This document shows positions 1-7,803 of a stretch of 39,809 nucleotides of DNA, piece after piece. The DNA is taken from the IMG/VR virus record IMGVR_UViG_3300025168_000213, positions 1-39,809 of that record; one strand, given 5' to 3'. The position numbers and the translations under genes are program-made. The notes beneath the pieces were generated by a model. That model did no database searches, was not told where the DNA came from, and was given only the letters and a program-made list of their open reading frames with translations. Numbering within the stretch: position 1 is the stretch's first letter; every line of letters begins with the position of its first letter. The DNA comes from a virus. Lineage: Duplodnaviria; Caudoviricetes.

Positions 1-37
1 ATATGGCTAATGGTGTTCCTTACATTAGGACTGTTTA

Positions 38-220
38 ATGTCAAAGTTTGTTAAAAACGAAATTGAGATACCTAAACCTTCTATGGATTTGAACGTAAAA
101 GAAACGGACTTCTTATTAAAGCTATTACTAAAGAGTTCGTTTCAGGGTGCTGAAATAGAAGTAGCGTATACAACTATCCAAAAACTTACTGAATCTCATA
201 AGGCAAAACTTGAAGCTTGA
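38..220 (+). CDS. Small tail-region hypothetical protein, allele A (60 aa)
   Basis: TAATG-coupled to the upstream fibre stop; homologous to 39225-39398 (LNVKETDFLLKL vs LNVKDTDFILKL). Confidence 0.8.
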   Translation: MSKFVKNEIEIPKPSMDLNVKETDFLLKLLLKSSFQGAEIEVAYTTIQKLTESHKAKLEA

Positions 221-359
221 ACTAAGTGCTGATGATTTATTTATCATCAAACAGTCTATAGAAGAAATTACTGTTAAAGGTAAAGACGCTATGAGGATTG
301 GTAAGCTATTAGTTAAGGTGGAAAATGCTTTTGTGAAAGAAGCGGAGAAATCTAAATAA
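210..359 (+). CDS. Small hypothetical protein (49 aa, TTG start; KLELSADDLFIIKQSIEE...)
   Basis: Not in the ORF track. Open frame ending in TAATG coupled to the fibre start; differences from the copy at 39388-39537 are synonymous. Confidence 0.8.
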   Translation: MKLELSADDLFIIKQSIEEITVKGKDAMRIGKLLVKVENAFVKEAEKSK

Positions 360-3300
360 TGGCTACTTGGAAAAAACTCGTAATAGCTACAGGTAGCTCC
401 GCTCAATACATCAAAGGTGATGGTACACTAGGCACTTATTCTACTACAGATAGTTCTAAGCTACCATTAACTGGTGGTACTATTTCAGGTTCTCTGAATA
501 TTTTCGCTAGTGGTGGAGATGCTAATTTAAGATTAAGAAGTGGAGCAACTCGTTCAGGTCTCTTTATTGATAAACCTGCTACAACAACGACAATGGGTTC
601 AGCATTAGTCTTAGCCGATTCTACATTTAGATTAGGAACTGCTACTTATTACCATATGGAAATGACTCAAGCAGGTAACACTATTCTAAAAGGTGGAGGC
701 AATACAGCCTTAACAATAGATTCTAGTCAACGAGTAGGCATAGGAACTGCTTCTTTATCAAGGAAATTTACAGTAGTCAATACTACAACTAATACTGCTA
801 CTGGTTATTTTTATACAAATGCAGTTCATACTGGTGTAGATACACATTCAGTTGTTTCTATTCGTTCTGATAATGCTAGTTCAAATGGAAATGTACTCCA
901 TGTGCAAGGCGATGGAACTGGCAATCTACTTACTTTAAGCAAAGATGGTTCGGATAATGCTAGTTCAAATGGAAATGTACTCCATGTGCAAGGCGATGGA
1001 ACTGGCAATCTACTTACTTTAAGCAAAGATGGTTCGGATAAACTAACTGTTACTCACGAAGGTAATGTAACTATACAAAATCCAAATACTGCTGGTATTA
1101 TTGATTCTCTTACATTAATAAACCCACGCAATTCAGGTTCAACTGGTGATGGCACTCAAATTAATTTTCAAAATACTACTACTTCAGCTCGCTCAGCTTT
1201 TATTAAAGGAATGTCGACTGGTACTTACGGACAAAGTAATGTTTTAGTTTTTGGTACTTCAAGTGGTGTAAATGCACCAACTGAAAAAATGAGGCTTACC
1301 TCAACTGGCTTGGGTATAGGCACAAACGCTCCTGCTTCTTCAGTTCAAATTGCAGGTGTTACTGGTCAAGACGGATTACGAGTATATAACAGAGATGGTG
1401 GTATTGGTGTATTAGTAAATCAATACGGGACTCTTCTGACTTATAATGGTTATTTAGGTACATCTTCATCAAGTATCCCTTTTTACTTTCAAACTGGTGG
1501 AACGACTAGACTCACTTTATCACATACTACAGCCACATTTGCTGGTGATATTACAGTTCCTGCTAATAAAAAAATTACTATTGGTGGTCAAATTGGAATC
1601 GGTGCTTTAAATGTTAAAATGGCTGATGGTTCTAATCAAAAAAGGACTATTAATATTGTAAATGCCGATGACCAAGGTTGGGCATTTGGAACTGTTACAG
1701 AATCAAACAGAGTAAATTTTGTATTATCAAAAGAATATGGTGATAATAGTTGGAGTGATGCTTTAAAAGTATATAACGCTGATGGAAAATTTGAATTTCT
1801 AGGTAGCGGTGGAGCTACATTTGCAGGTGATGTCGTTTTAAACGGAGCAACTAAAGGAATTGATTTTTCGGGTAGTGGTAAACACATTATTAGTGGTTCA
1901 GGTTCAGGTTCATATATTGAAATTAACAATGTCGGTCAAATTACTCCCAACGGTAATAATAGTTTTAGCTTAGGAACTTCTAGTAATAGATGGTCTAATA
2001 CACATACTCAATTATTAAATGTAGGTGGTCAGACTGTTATGACTGGCACTTTAAAGTTATCAAATACTTCAACTGCTCCAACTAACGGAGAAAGTTTACC
2101 TCCTGCACTTGAATTTATTGGAAGAGGTTGGGATAGCAATAGTGGTAGTGACCTTATTATGGGTAAAATTCATCTTGGTGGAGACTATGGTGAATATGGT
2201 TCAGGAGCAACACAGGCTTGGCTAGGATTTTCTGTGCAAGGTTCAGGTGGTCTAGGCTCAGAGCCTGAAACCTTAATTGAGGGATTGAGAGTCCTCGCTG
2301 ATGGTGGAGTCGTAGCTAACAAAAAATTTAATGTAGGAACTCATAATTCAAACTCTCATAGGTTAGTTATAGAATCCATGCACGCTACTGTTCCTTATGC
2401 ACCAATCGTAGCAGGAAGTGCTGATAATAACCAAGCAGTTGGTTTTCAGTTTGTCACTAGAAATAGCAATGGTGATGAAAACAATAAAATGTACCTTACT
2501 TCAACTGGTTTAGCTATTGGAACAATACCAACACACAACCTAAATGTCTATAATGGTAGTGGTGTATCAAGCATGACAGTTGGTAAATATGCTTCAGGGA
2601 AAACAGTTGGGGTAATTGGAACAAGTGCAGATACTTCAGGTTATTTTCAAATACAATCTTATGCTAGTCAAGGCAGTTCATTTGGTAATATAGTATTAAA
2701 TGCTCAAGGAGGAAACATAGGCATCGGAGTTGCTTCTCCAGCATCTTCAATTCATGCAAAATCATCGGCTTCAACACTCGGTACATTAGAAAGGTCTACG
2801 TCAGGTAATGTTTTATTAGAGTGGAAGAATACTGGCGATTCATGGTATGCTGGAATAGATAGCAGTCAGAATTTTAAGATTAGTCAAAATGGAGATATAG
2901 CTTCAGGTACTGAATTTAAACTAGAGGATGAAACTGGAAACGCCACATTTGGTGGTGATTTAATAGTGGATGCAAAACAAATAAGAGGGGGATTTGGAGC
3001 TGAAACTACTAGTGGAACTGCTGATTGGAATCATGTAACAAATGCACGAAGTGGTAACGGATATACTCTTTTATTAGGTTCTGCTACAAATGGACCGACT
3101 GGAAATACATATTATCACACTCTAGGTTTTGAGTATGGGGTAAAAAATGGTGGAGGCAATCTTACTCAAATTGGTATTCCTTATACAGGTGCAGGAATTG
3201 TTTATCGTTCTAGATATAGTGGTTCTTGGTCTGCTTATAAAAAAGTTTTAGATAATGAAACATATAGTGATTATGCAGTTCCGAAAACTGGAGGCACATT

Positions 3301-5053
3301 TACTGGTGGAGTAACTATTGCTAGTGGTGGTAGTACAGACAATTTATATTTAGCAAATACAAGCTACGGTCTAAAGATAACTAATAGCACAGGCGTAATT
3401 GATTTTGTTTCTAACAATTCAACTAGAATGTCTATAGCTAATGGTGGTGGTGTTAGTTTTGTTAGCAATGCAACATTTTTTAGTTCTGCTACGATTAGAA
3501 GTGTAGTTACAACAGGTGATAAAATATTAATAGGTCATAGCGGTGTTACATCTACTGGTAGTTACAATAAAATGGAACTTGAGTATACTGGTTATAACTC
3601 AGGTAACCCTAGGCTTTACATAACGCCTGATACAAATCCTGGAAGTGGTGTTCTTTATTCCTATGTTCATATAAGAAGTAAAACTGGCGGTTCAGGTGCT
3701 AATAAAATGGGGTTAATTGTTGATGGTCAGCAAGTAATTGGCAATACAACTCCTTATTATAATTTAGATATTGTTTCTGAAGGTGTAGCTACAGGATTAA
3801 GGTTACACAGAAAAAATTCAAGCAATAATACTACTACTCCTATTGGTATCGGGTTTAGTCACAGAGGCGATGGTGCAAACTCTTCAGGTAGCGACACAAG
3901 AGCAGGTATTTACAGTCATTATAATGGTGAAATTTACATAGCTAATAGAGCTGCTACTTCGATAGGAACTTCACCTTATCAGTACAGAACTTTATTAATA
4001 AACGGTTCAGGTACTTCTACTTTTATAAACTCAGCAGGAACAACTGTTGAATTAGCAACATCTTCAAATGGTGCTTATGCTATTCGTTCTGCATCTCCTG
4101 CAAAATTCAATGATTATTATTTTAATGGAACTTCAGGAAGTATAAAGAAAAACACTGGAGATAATTTTCTTTCTTTTGCTAGTGATTTATCAGCCACATT
4201 TGCAGGCAATATTAACGCTCAAGATATATCTGCTTATAATAAAATTACTATTGAGTCTGCCGATATATCTAGTGGCGAAGACAATGGATTGTTGTTAAGA
4301 AACACAAGCGGTGGTAGTAATCAAGATTGGCATTTGACAGCAGGGACTACTGGTGTAAGCAATAGTTATTTTACTATTAGAGATGGAACAACAAATACTA
4401 ATGCTTTAATAATTAAACATTCTAGTAATAATGCTAGGTTTAATGGAAGTGTTGCAGTTCCAAGTAATCATAGTTTTAATGCTGAAAATACAAGTGGTAC
4501 TGAAAAAGCAATTCTTACTTTTGACAGTTCTAATAGAACTAAAGTAGGAGATAATAGCAATAGCGGAGTTCTTATCCTTGATAGTGGTGATGCCACATTT
4601 GCAGGAGACTTGGATGCTAGTGCAGGTCAATCATTAACTGGTTGGCATACACAAGATAAGATTTGGGTTATGCCTAGTGACTTTATAGAAAACGATGATA
4701 GTAGCAACCGCAACATTGGCTTAGTAGATAACGGTGGAGAATTAAGAGTAATGTACGCTGATTTGGAAGCATATGTAAATATTCCAATTCCAAGCGGATA
4801 TAAAGTAACTCATTTCAGGTTAAATGGAACTGCTAGTGTTGGTATAAATGCATCTTATAGCGATTGCACTACTGCTACTGCAACGTCTTGTCAGCCTCCT
4901 ACTAGTATTTATACAAATACTGAAGTTGCTACAAACCCTAGTTCAGGTATTGAAGCAAATGATTCAACTGGTAGATATATTATCTTAAAATGGTCAGCTA
5001 CTCATGTTAGCCATAGGCTTTATGGTGGGTATGTAAAAATTGCAAAGATTTAA
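359..5053 (+). CDS. Long mosaic tail fibre / receptor-binding protein (1564 aa)
   Basis: G/S/T/N-rich; recurring GNVGIGT-like and ATFAGD fibre motifs; a knob-like segment (DWNHVTNARSG...YRSRYSGSWSAYKKV); lies between tail genes and the lysis cassette. Confidence 0.9.
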   Translation: MATWKKLVIATGSSAQYIKGDGTLGTYSTTDSSKLPLTGGTISGSLNIFASGGDANLRLRSGATRSGLFIDKPATTTTMGSALVLADSTFRLGTATYYHMEMTQAGNTILKGGGNTALTIDSSQRVGIGTASLSRKFTVVNTTTNTATGYFYTNAVHTGVDTHSVVSIRSDNASSNGNVLHVQGDGTGNLLTLSKDGSDNASSNGNVLHVQGDGTGNLLTLSKDGSDKLTVTHEGNVTIQNPNTAGIIDSLTLINPRNSGSTGDGTQINFQNTTTSARSAFIKGMSTGTYGQSNVLVFGTSSGVNAPTEKMRLTSTGLGIGTNAPASSVQIAGVTGQDGLRVYNRDGGIGVLVNQYGTLLTYNGYLGTSSSSIPFYFQTGGTTRLTLSHTTATFAGDITVPANKKITIGGQIGIGALNVKMADGSNQKRTINIVNADDQGWAFGTVTESNRVNFVLSKEYGDNSWSDALKVYNADGKFEFLGSGGATFAGDVVLNGATKGIDFSGSGKHIISGSGSGSYIEINNVGQITPNGNNSFSLGTSSNRWSNTHTQLLNVGGQTVMTGTLKLSNTSTAPTNGESLPPALEFIGRGWDSNSGSDLIMGKIHLGGDYGEYGSGATQAWLGFSVQGSGGLGSEPETLIEGLRVLADGGVVANKKFNVGTHNSNSHRLVIESMHATVPYAPIVAGSADNNQAVGFQFVTRNSNGDENNKMYLTSTGLAIGTIPTHNLNVYNGSGVSSMTVGKYASGKTVGVIGTSADTSGYFQIQSYASQGSSFGNIVLNAQGGNIGIGVASPASSIHAKSSASTLGTLERSTSGNVLLEWKNTGDSWYAGIDSSQNFKISQNGDIASGTEFKLEDETGNATFGGDLIVDAKQIRGGFGAETTSGTADWNHVTNARSGNGYTLLLGSATNGPTGNTYYHTLGFEYGVKNGGGNLTQIGIPYTGAGIVYRSRYSGSWSAYKKVLDNETYSDYAVPKTGGTFTGGVTIASGGSTDNLYLANTSYGLKITNSTGVIDFVSNNSTRMSIANGGGVSFVSNATFFSSATIRSVVTTGDKILIGHSGVTSTGSYNKMELEYTGYNSGNPRLYITPDTNPGSGVLYSYVHIRSKTGGSGANKMGLIVDGQQVIGNTTPYYNLDIVSEGVATGLRLHRKNSSNNTTTPIGIGFSHRGDGANSSGSDTRAGIYSHYNGEIYIANRAATSIGTSPYQYRTLLINGSGTSTFINSAGTTVELATSSNGAYAIRSASPAKFNDYYFNGTSGSIKKNTGDNFLSFASDLSATFAGNINAQDISAYNKITIESADISSGEDNGLLLRNTSGGSNQDWHLTAGTTGVSNSYFTIRDGTTNTNALIIKHSSNNARFNGSVAVPSNHSFNAENTSGTEKAILTFDSSNRTKVGDNSNSGVLILDSGDATFAGDLDASAGQSLTGWHTQDKIWVMPSDFIENDDSSNRNIGLVDNGGELRVMYADLEAYVNIPIPSGYKVTHFRLNGTASVGINASYSDCTTATATSCQPPTSIYTNTEVATNPSSGIEANDSTGRYIILKWSATHVSHRLYGGYVKIAKI
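869..1041 (+). repeat. Perfect in-frame 84-bp tandem duplication (28 aa) in the tail fibre
   Basis: 869-952 is identical to 953-1036; GATAA microhomology at 869, 953 and 1037. Confidence 0.95.
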
Positions 5054-5072
5054 TTAAAAAAAGGAGAATGCC

Positions 5073-5396
5073 ATGAAAGGCTATCTAGCAAAAAAAACAG
5101 CAAAGAAATGGTCTGTAGCCAAATCAAAAGTGGTAGACATTCCTGCTGTAACAGAAGTAAAAGACGAAGATGGAAAAGTAGTTAGAGCAAAAGTAGACGA
5201 GAAATCACATGATGAAATTATGCTTAGTAAAAAAGTATATGATTCTGAAACAGGTAAAGCTTTAACGGATTCTGTTATTGCAGTATCTGATGGAGAATGT
5301 GATGTGATGATTGAAAATATAGATAAGCAAATAACCGAGTTAGGTGAGCAGAAATCAGGGTGGGAAGCCTTGAAAGCTGATATTGCCAAGCTCTAA
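5073..5396 (+). CDS. Hypothetical protein (possible fibre assembly/chaperone)
   Basis: AAGGAG SD; directly follows the fibre; C-terminal coiled coil. Confidence 0.75.
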   Translation: MKGYLAKKTAKKWSVAKSKVVDIPAVTEVKDEDGKVVRAKVDEKSHDEIMLSKKVYDSETGKALTDSVIAVSDGECDVMIENIDKQITELGEQKSGWEALKADIAKL

Positions 5397-5411
5397 ACAA
5401 AAGGAAATAAC

Positions 5412-5627
5412 ATGTCTGAAAAAGAAAAAAAAGAACAGATAGTTACAATCAATGGTAAGGACTATAAAGAATCTGACTTTGATAAAGAGCAGATTGAATT
5501 AATTAATCATGTAGCTGATTTAGATGGAAAGATAGCAAGAGCAAATTTCAATCTAAAACAAATGGAAGGCGGTAGAATTTTTCATATGGAAAAACTAGAG
5601 CTTAGTCTCGAAGATGTTTCTGATTAA
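5412..5627 (+). CDS. Hypothetical protein (VTINGKDY... coiled coil)
   Basis: AAGGA SD; a type of small ORF often seen after phage fibre genes. Confidence 0.75.
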   Translation: MSEKEKKEQIVTINGKDYKESDFDKEQIELINHVADLDGKIARANFNLKQMEGGRIFHMEKLELSLEDVSD

Positions 5628-5877
5628 AAAATTACCCAATAAAAAAACCGAACTGAGTTACATCTCATTCTTGTTAATTATCACTCTTTTTTCCTTGTGT
5701 ATGGGGTGTGATTCAGGTTGGTCTATAGGTGGTCTTTATCTAAATGGTGAGGACTCTTCTTATATTGAAATAGTGTCTTCTGATAGTATCTCTCATTTAT
5801 ATGAAGAGATATTGAAGTTTGGTGAGGATATGTGGTGTTTTAAACATGCACAGTGGGAAGTTGTTGAGGTAAAATAA
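5614..5877 (+). CDS. Putative lipoprotein / membrane protein
   Basis: Basic N-terminus, hydrophobic stretch, then an imperfect lipobox (LCMGC); start of the lysis region. Confidence 0.55.
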   Translation: MFLIKKLPNKKTELSYISFLLIITLFSLCMGCDSGWSIGGLYLNGEDSSYIEIVSSDSISHLYEEILKFGEDMWCFKHAQWEVVEVK

Positions 5878-6233
5878 TGGATGCGCAATTATTATTAGAA
5901 AGTTATATGACATTGGGAGCAACAGGTTTTTGTGTTGTTTTTTTAGGTTATATGTTAATTAACCTGGTCAAAAGTCAAAAGGCCCAGGATGGCGAATTAG
6001 AAGCAATACGAGAAAACATAAGCAAAATGTCTGAGGTAATGAGCAATAGTCAATCAATTATTCTTAAGCTAGTAGATAAAATTCAAAGAATAAATGAGCA
6101 GCAAAATGACGAGAGGAATCGAAGACATGAAAGTATAATGCAATCTCATCAAAGCTTGCTTAAAGAATTTGATGACGTAAGTGACAAAGTCTCATATTTA
6201 TCAGGTAGAGTTAATGGCTCAGGGAGACCATAA
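5877..6233 (+). CDS. Putative holin-like protein (N-terminal TM plus coiled coil)
   Basis: TM segment TLGATGFCVVFLGYMLINLV followed by a heptad coil; GAGG SD; upstream of the endolysin. Confidence 0.55.
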   Translation: MDAQLLLESYMTLGATGFCVVFLGYMLINLVKSQKAQDGELEAIRENISKMSEVMSNSQSIILKLVDKIQRINEQQNDERNRRHESIMQSHQSLLKEFDDVSDKVSYLSGRVNGSGRP

Positions 6234-6449
6234 ATGGATAATACAGATATAAGAACTCATTTAATTAGGCATGATGAGAGACTCAGAAATATTTATTCTA
6301 GTTTAGCCAGGATAGAAAAACATTTAGAAAAATTAAATGGAAAAGTGGATCGACACGATACAGAGATTGCAAAAGTTCAGGTATACGGTGCAATCGCATT
6401 AATCGCTTTTCCAGTAGTATTTAACTTGGTAATGAGATATTTACCATAA
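6234..6449 (+). CDS. XhlA/holin-like protein (coiled coil plus C-terminal TM)
   Basis: Coiled coil then GAIALIAFPVVFNLVM; lysis context. Confidence 0.55.
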   Translation: MDNTDIRTHLIRHDERLRNIYSSLARIEKHLEKLNGKVDRHDTEIAKVQVYGAIALIAFPVVFNLVMRYLP

Positions 6450-6466
6450 ATAAAAAAGAGGATAGG

Positions 6467-6736
6467 ATGAAAGAAATAGTAGATGAAATGAAAACACAAG
6501 CAATAGAAGCTGCAATGCAAATGGCTGAAAGACAAGCTGCAACAATCCAAAGTGGAATTATTAATTATGTCCAGTCAGACGAGTTTGAAAACAAGTTAGC
6601 TGATTTTATGGATGAAGCAATAAACATACCTTTCGTAAAGGGGCAAAAAGAAAATGATATTTTTCATGACGTTGCCGATGTAGTTCAAAAGATTTTAGCT
6701 AACGTAATGAGCAATGTTATTAAGCTAAAGAGTTAA
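6467..6736 (+). CDS. Hypothetical protein in the lysis cassette
   Basis: GAGG SD; TAATG-coupled to the endolysin. Confidence 0.7.
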   Translation: MKEIVDEMKTQAIEAAMQMAERQAATIQSGIINYVQSDEFENKLADFMDEAINIPFVKGQKENDIFHDVADVVQKILANVMSNVIKLKS

Positions 6737-7224
6737 TGGACCACAGCCAATTAAAAACTCTGATAGGTAGCACTTTAAAAACTTTAGGAAGCAAATATGC
6801 ATCTAAAGAGGCTGTGAATCTAGTTTATTGGACAGGTCATGTGGAAAGTCGGTATAAATACATTAAGCAATTAGGTACTGGCCCAGCCAGGTCCTTTTGG
6901 CAGGTTGAACCTGGTATGACTGGCGCTTTAGACAACGTAGAAAATTACTTGCAATTTAGGCCCAAATTAGCCGCTAAATGTGCAGAAGCTACTATGACCT
7001 CGCCTGATGTTTGGACAAGCTCAAATCAGGATATTTGGGATAAGATTTTATTGGTCAATATGGCTGCTGGAATTGTACATTGTCGTATCAAATATTGGCG
7101 TTCACCTTTGCCTATGCCTAGTACTTTAAAGGAAGCTGCAAGAGTTTGGAAAACTGCTTATAACACTGCAGCTGGGAAAGGAACTGAAAGTAAGTTTATA
7201 GATATGGTGAGTTCGCTCACTTAG
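6736..7224 (+). CDS. Putative endolysin (lysozyme-like fold)
   Basis: HVES...KQLGTGPARSFWQVEP and WKTAYNTAAGKG motifs, typical of a phage lysozyme/transglycosylase-like family; last gene of the cassette. Confidence 0.7.
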   Translation: MDHSQLKTLIGSTLKTLGSKYASKEAVNLVYWTGHVESRYKYIKQLGTGPARSFWQVEPGMTGALDNVENYLQFRPKLAAKCAEATMTSPDVWTSSNQDIWDKILLVNMAAGIVHCRIKYWRSPLPMPSTLKEAARVWKTAYNTAAGKGTESKFIDMVSSLT

Positions 7225-7226
7225 AA

Positions 7227-7268
7227 GAAGCCCTGTTCCTGGATTCGCTGTCCTTACGGGGCTTTTTC
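7227..7268 (+). terminator. Probable intrinsic terminator after the endolysin
   Basis: AAGCCC...GGGCTT stem followed by a T-run; the loop is unusually long. Confidence 0.55.
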
Positions 7269-7371
7269 ATTGTTTGCCCCATAAGTTTTAGATACCTTTT
7301 GCCACGATGGACCCATCGCAAGCAAGTGCAGTGAAAATCTGTAGGGTATCTATTCCTTTTCCATAAAATAC

Positions 7372-7395
7372 CATTGAGCCAATATTGAGCCATTT
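7372..7395 (+). repeat. attP left arm-type repeat CATTGAGCCAATATTGAGCCATTT (2 x ATTGAGCCA)
   Basis: Exact 24-bp copy at 7667-7690; the two copies lie about 147 bp either side of the anticodon loop. Confidence 0.85.
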
Positions 7396-7520
7396 ATTTT
7401 CTAAGTATAACAATATATGCGATGTTATAGAAATCAATTAAAACAACAACTTTTTAGCATTTTATTGACGAGAAAATAGAATAGTATTTCTTAAAATAGG
7501 GAAGCGCTCCTCGTGAAACT

Positions 7521-7583
7521 GCTTCCCTGCTAAGGAAGTAACATCGTAAGGTGTTCGTGGGTTCGAATCCCACCCTCTCCGCA
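7521..7583 (+). mobile_element. attP core: 3' part of tRNA-Ser(GCT), 5'-truncated
   Basis: Anticodon arm CTTCC-CTGCTAA-GGAAG, long variable arm, T-arm GTGGG-TTCGAAT-CCCAC, acceptor strand CCTCTCC-G; no matching 5' acceptor strand or D-arm upstream. Confidence 0.85.
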
Positions 7584-7600
7584 GTAACTCTGTCGACAAT

Positions 7601-7628
7601 AAAGTCCCTTTTTTAGGGGCTTTTTTTG
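7601..7628 (+). terminator. Intrinsic terminator after the tRNA fragment
   Basis: AAAGTCCCT/AGGGGCTTT stem plus T-run; would terminate the reconstituted host tRNA. Confidence 0.75.
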
Positions 7629-7666
7629 TTCCAATACCTGGTTAAGAAAATAGTCTATTTTTATCA

Positions 7667-7690
7667 CATTGAGCCAATATTGAGCCATTT
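7667..7690 (+). repeat. attP right arm-type repeat
   Basis: Identical to 7372-7395. Confidence 0.85.
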
Positions 7691-7755
7691 TTTTCTACAT
7701 TATGGCTTGTCGAGGAGAAAATTAGGGTAGAGAGGGAAGTGTAAAACTACGGGGT

Positions 7756-7787
7756 ATAGCATGCAATATTACTGTATTACATGCTAT
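7756..7787 (-). terminator. Hairpin downstream of the repressor gene
   Basis: ATAGCATGCAATA...TATTACATGCTAT inverted repeat just 3' of the repressor stop. Confidence 0.45.
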
Positions 7788-7803
7788 GTTATTTCATTGA
7801 TTA

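Larger units (their letters stand above)
1..631. repeat. Imperfect terminal direct repeat, copy 1 (matches 39188-39809)
   Basis: Same gene order at both ends. 506-631 is identical to 39684-39809 (126 bp); 210-505 differs mostly by synonymous SNPs; 38-209 is a diverged allele. Confidence 0.95.

Noticed and set aside
1-631. T7-like physical direct terminal repeat
   Set aside because: The copies are not identical, cut through coding genes and lie far from the terminase region; assembly overlap is more likely.
359-5053. DGR or invertase shufflon acting on the fibre
   Set aside because: No reverse transcriptase, no adenine-specific TR/VR pair, no inverted fibre cassettes. The end-repeat differences are synonymous-type, not A-specific.
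128-5389. Minus-strand ORFs in the track (128-406, 826-1026, 1636-1929, 4406-4630, 5081-5389) and similar ones opposite the structural genes
   Set aside because: Antisense shadows of well-supported genes, with no SD or recognisable motifs.
7495-7583. Complete phage-encoded tRNA-Ser
   Set aside because: No 5' acceptor strand (GGAGAGG expected) or D-arm; better explained as attP.
7372-7690. CRISPR-like array from the ATTGAGCCA repeats
   Set aside because: Only paired 11-bp units far apart, with no regular spacers; the Cas4-like gene sits in a recombination context.
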